Below, piece by piece: positions 51,594-53,930 of a stretch of 53,930 nt of DNA. The notes under the pieces are model-generated. The model had not been told where the DNA came from. It made no database searches and saw nothing but the letters and a program-made list of their open reading frames with translations. This DNA comes from an uncultured Bifidobacteriaceae bacterium (GTDB taxonomy: Bacteria; Acidobacteriota; Vicinamibacteria; Vicinamibacterales; UBA2999), in the NCBI GenBank assembly GCA_964574545.1, contig CAZNOC010000004.1:1-53930 (forward strand). Reading direction: 5' to 3'. The position numbers were made by a program, and so were the translations under genes. The first letter of the stretch is position 1. Each line of letters opens with the position of its first letter.

Positions 51594-53885
51594 ATGCCGC
51601 CGACCGTGCTGCTCGCCGCCCTGCTCGTTCTCTTTTTCCTCTCCGGTGCGGCGGGCCTGATCTACCAGGTACTGTGGCTGCGACTGCTGAGCCTCGTCTT
51701 CGGCGTGACCGTCTACGCCGCTGCGACGGTGCTCGCCAGCTTCATGAGCGGGCTGGCCGTCGGCAGCTGGCTCGCGGGCCGCGCGGGCGCACGCCTCGGC
51801 GATCCCGTCAGGGCGTTCGCGGTCGTCGAAGTCCTGATCGGCGTGTCGGCCCTGGCCACGCCGGTCGCGCTCGATGCCGCCACGGCCGTCTACCTCGCCG
51901 TCTCCGACATCGCCCCCGGTTCGCTGCCGCTTCTCACCCTCGCCCGCTTCCTGTGCTCCTTCCTCGTGCTGTTCGTGCCCACCATGCTCATGGGCGCCAC
52001 GCTTCCGCTGCTCAGCGCCTCGACGCTGGTGCGGGGCGCGCGCTTCGGCGCGCGCATCGGCCTGCTGTACGCTCTCAACACGGCTGGCGCGCTCACCGGC
52101 GCCATGCTCACCGGGTACGTCCTGATTGGCGCCATCGGCATCCAGCGGTCGTTCCTGATCGGAGCCACCCTGAACCTCGTGGTTGGCGCGCTGGCGTTTG
52201 TACTGTCCCGCCACTCGCCCGGCGATCCCGTGCGCGTTGCCGAGGTCCCGGCGCCCGTCGCATCGCCCCGGGCGTCTACCGGTCGCGACCTGCGACCGCT
52301 GGTGCTCGGGGTCATGGCCGTGTCGGGGATCGCGTCGCTGGCCCTCGAGATCGTCTGGTTCCGCGTGCTCGTGCAGTTCCTGCCGGCCACCTCCTACGCC
52401 TTCACCACGATGCTGGCCACCGTGCTTGGGGGCATCGCGCTCGGCAGCGCCCTGGCCTCCCCGGTGTTGCGTCGCGAGCGGGACTGGGTCTGGACCCTGG
52501 CGCTCGTGCAGATTGTCACGAGCCTGACGGTGCTCGCGTCCCTGACGGCCCTCGCCTGGTCGTATGCCGCCGGCTGGCGCACAGGTGGACTGACCCAGGC
52601 CAGCATGCTGGCCATCCTGCCCGCGGCGATCTGCATGGGGCTCGGGTTCCCCATCGGCCTCCGCCTGTGGACCGTGCAGCAGCAGGCCGTCGATCCGGGC
52701 CAGGCCGAGGTGGCGCGGCGCGTCAGCATCCTGTACTCGGTCAACGTCATCGGGGCGATCGCCGGGTCGCTGGCCGGCGGGTTCTTCCTGCTGCCCGCGT
52801 TCGGAAGCCGCCTGTCGCTGATCCTCCTCGCGGGTCTCTACCTGGCGTCCGGTCTCGTGCTGGTCGTTGCGCACGCCACGCCCGCGCGCGCGCTGACCAC
52901 GGCGATCGCGACCGCCGTGCTGTTCGCCATCGGCGCCCAGGCCGTCCCGGATCCCTTCGATGCCGCGCTCCGCCGCCGCCATGGACCCAGCGAGCAGATC
53001 ATCTGGCGCGAGGAAGGGCTGCAGACCAGCGTCAGCGTCCATCGCCGCCCCATCAACAACCGCGTGCTGTACCTCGACGGGCTTCACCAGGCCAACGACA
53101 CCGCCGACATGGTGCGGCTGCACCGGCTGATCGGACTGCTGCCGATGGCCTTGCATCCCATGCCCCACCAGGCGCTCGTCATCGGGCTCGGCGGCGGCGC
53201 GACGCCAGGTGCGGTGAGCCAGCACGCCGGCACCGAGGTGGATGTCGTGGAGCTCTCGGAGACGGTGGTGCGGGGCGCCGGGTACTTCGGCCATGTCAAC
53301 TATGAGGTGCTCGATCGGCCCAACGTCCGCCTGCACGTGGACGACGGCCGCAACTTCCTGCTGCTGACCGGACGTCGCTTCGACGTCATCACCGCCGACA
53401 TCATCCAGCCCGTCCACGCCGGCGCGGGCAACCTCTACTCGCGGGAGTACTTCACCCTCGTCCGGAACGCCCTCGAGGACGACGGGCTCGTGCTGCAGTG
53501 GATCGGCCATCGTCCCGACACGCAGTACAAGCTCATCATGCGCACGTTCCTCGAGGTGTTCCCGGAGACGACCCTCTGGCTCGATGGCAACCTGATGGTA
53601 GGCGCAAAGCGGCCGCTGACCGTGGCGCCGGATCTCGTCGAGCAGAAACGGCAAGACGCCGGCACCCGCGGCGTATTCGACGATGTGGGGCTCGACAGCA
53701 CGGCGACGCTGCTGTCGTGGTACACGGCAGGTCCCGAGGAGATGCGATCGTTTGTCGGCGAGGGCATCGTGCTGTCCGACGACCGGCCGCTCGTCGAGTA
53801 CCACCGATCGCTTCCGGCCGACGACCCTCCCGTGGACGTCTCGGGGCTCCGGGGAGACGTGGGGCGGATCATGGGTGGTGGGTAG
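51594..53885 (+). CDS. Fused polytopic membrane domain plus spermidine-synthase-like (aminopropyltransferase fold) protein
   Basis: N-terminal half with about 10 or more TM segments. C-terminal ALVIGLGGGATPGA and FDVITADIIQP (class I MTase/SpeE-like). Confidence 0.85.
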   Translation: MPPTVLLAALLVLFFLSGAAGLIYQVLWLRLLSLVFGVTVYAAATVLASFMSGLAVGSWLAGRAGARLGDPVRAFAVVEVLIGVSALATPVALDAATAVYLAVSDIAPGSLPLLTLARFLCSFLVLFVPTMLMGATLPLLSASTLVRGARFGARIGLLYALNTAGALTGAMLTGYVLIGAIGIQRSFLIGATLNLVVGALAFVLSRHSPGDPVRVAEVPAPVASPRASTGRDLRPLVLGVMAVSGIASLALEIVWFRVLVQFLPATSYAFTTMLATVLGGIALGSALASPVLRRERDWVWTLALVQIVTSLTVLASLTALAWSYAAGWRTGGLTQASMLAILPAAICMGLGFPIGLRLWTVQQQAVDPGQAEVARRVSILYSVNVIGAIAGSLAGGFFLLPAFGSRLSLILLAGLYLASGLVLVVAHATPARALTTAIATAVLFAIGAQAVPDPFDAALRRRHGPSEQIIWREEGLQTSVSVHRRPINNRVLYLDGLHQANDTADMVRLHRLIGLLPMALHPMPHQALVIGLGGGATPGAVSQHAGTEVDVVELSETVVRGAGYFGHVNYEVLDRPNVRLHVDDGRNFLLLTGRRFDVITADIIQPVHAGAGNLYSREYFTLVRNALEDDGLVLQWIGHRPDTQYKLIMRTFLEVFPETTLWLDGNLMVGAKRPLTVAPDLVEQKRQDAGTRGVFDDVGLDSTATLLSWYTAGPEEMRSFVGEGIVLSDDRPLVEYHRSLPADDPPVDVSGLRGDVGRIMGGG

Positions 53886-53930
53886 TGGGTCGTGGGTAGT
53901 GGGTAGTGGGTGGTGGGTGGTGGGTGGTGG
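53871..53930. repeat. Heptad array GTGGGTn (about 8 copies), starting in the last codons of the preceding gene and running off the window
   Basis: atgggtg gtgggta gtgggtc gtgggta gtgggta gtgggtg gtgggtg gtgggtg gtgg. The TAG stop at 53883-53885 is part of one unit. Confidence 0.85.

Noticed and set aside
1-53930. A mobile genetic element, prophage, genomic island or known defence system anywhere in the window.
   Set aside because: I recognised no integrase, transposase, recombinase, phage structural gene, toxin-antitoxin, restriction-modification or cas-like genes. There is no tRNA attachment site and no flanking direct repeats. Composition looks uniform apart from small A+T-rich promoter patches and the slightly lower-G+C queD gene.

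Overview
This is a very G+C-rich, gene-dense bacterial chromosomal segment with about 50 CDS. Many genes are joined by 1-nt or 4-nt start/stop overlaps (ATGA, GTGA, TGATG). An ADOP-type duplicated orphan permease and a TonB-dependent receptor with a CarboxypepD_reg-like N-terminus suggest Acidobacteriota; this is inference, not a search result.

Content, in order:
- a 5'-truncated AddA/RecB-like helicase-nuclease
- small zinc-ribbon and DnaJ-like zinc-finger proteins, YidD, and the Mrp/ApbC Fe-S carrier
- a TonB receptor and an MFS transporter
- an M16 peptidase pair plus an MDR dehydrogenase
- a 5-gene overlap-coupled operon: O-methyltransferase, AhpD-like protein, a 57-aa protein, amidase, alpha/beta hydrolase
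- pyruvate kinase
- a DUF1343, SRPBCC, APC permease, FAD oxidoreductase operon
- a long minus-strand ion-transport block: mrpABCDEFG, a DUF1504-type antiporter, then YwiC-like, TPR and ClC genes
- ogt, then a GltD-like oxidoreductase with korAB
- a lipase-like hydrolase with a small wHTH protein
- Dps and QueD
- an ABC ATPase, permease and HlyD exporter, and a fused spermidine-synthase-like membrane protein

I saw no rRNA, tRNA, CRISPR array, transposase, integrase, phage genes or recognisable defence genes.

The strongest unexplained signal is non-coding. At least eight intergenic spacers are filled with tandem repeats of period 7. Some are arranged as inverted arrays around a conserved TTCAAAGG/CCTTTGAA core, and two are G-quadruplex-competent. 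The best candidates for uncharacterised protein modules are the 5-gene amidase operon and the wHTH plus lipase-like pair; neither can be assigned a function from sequence alone.
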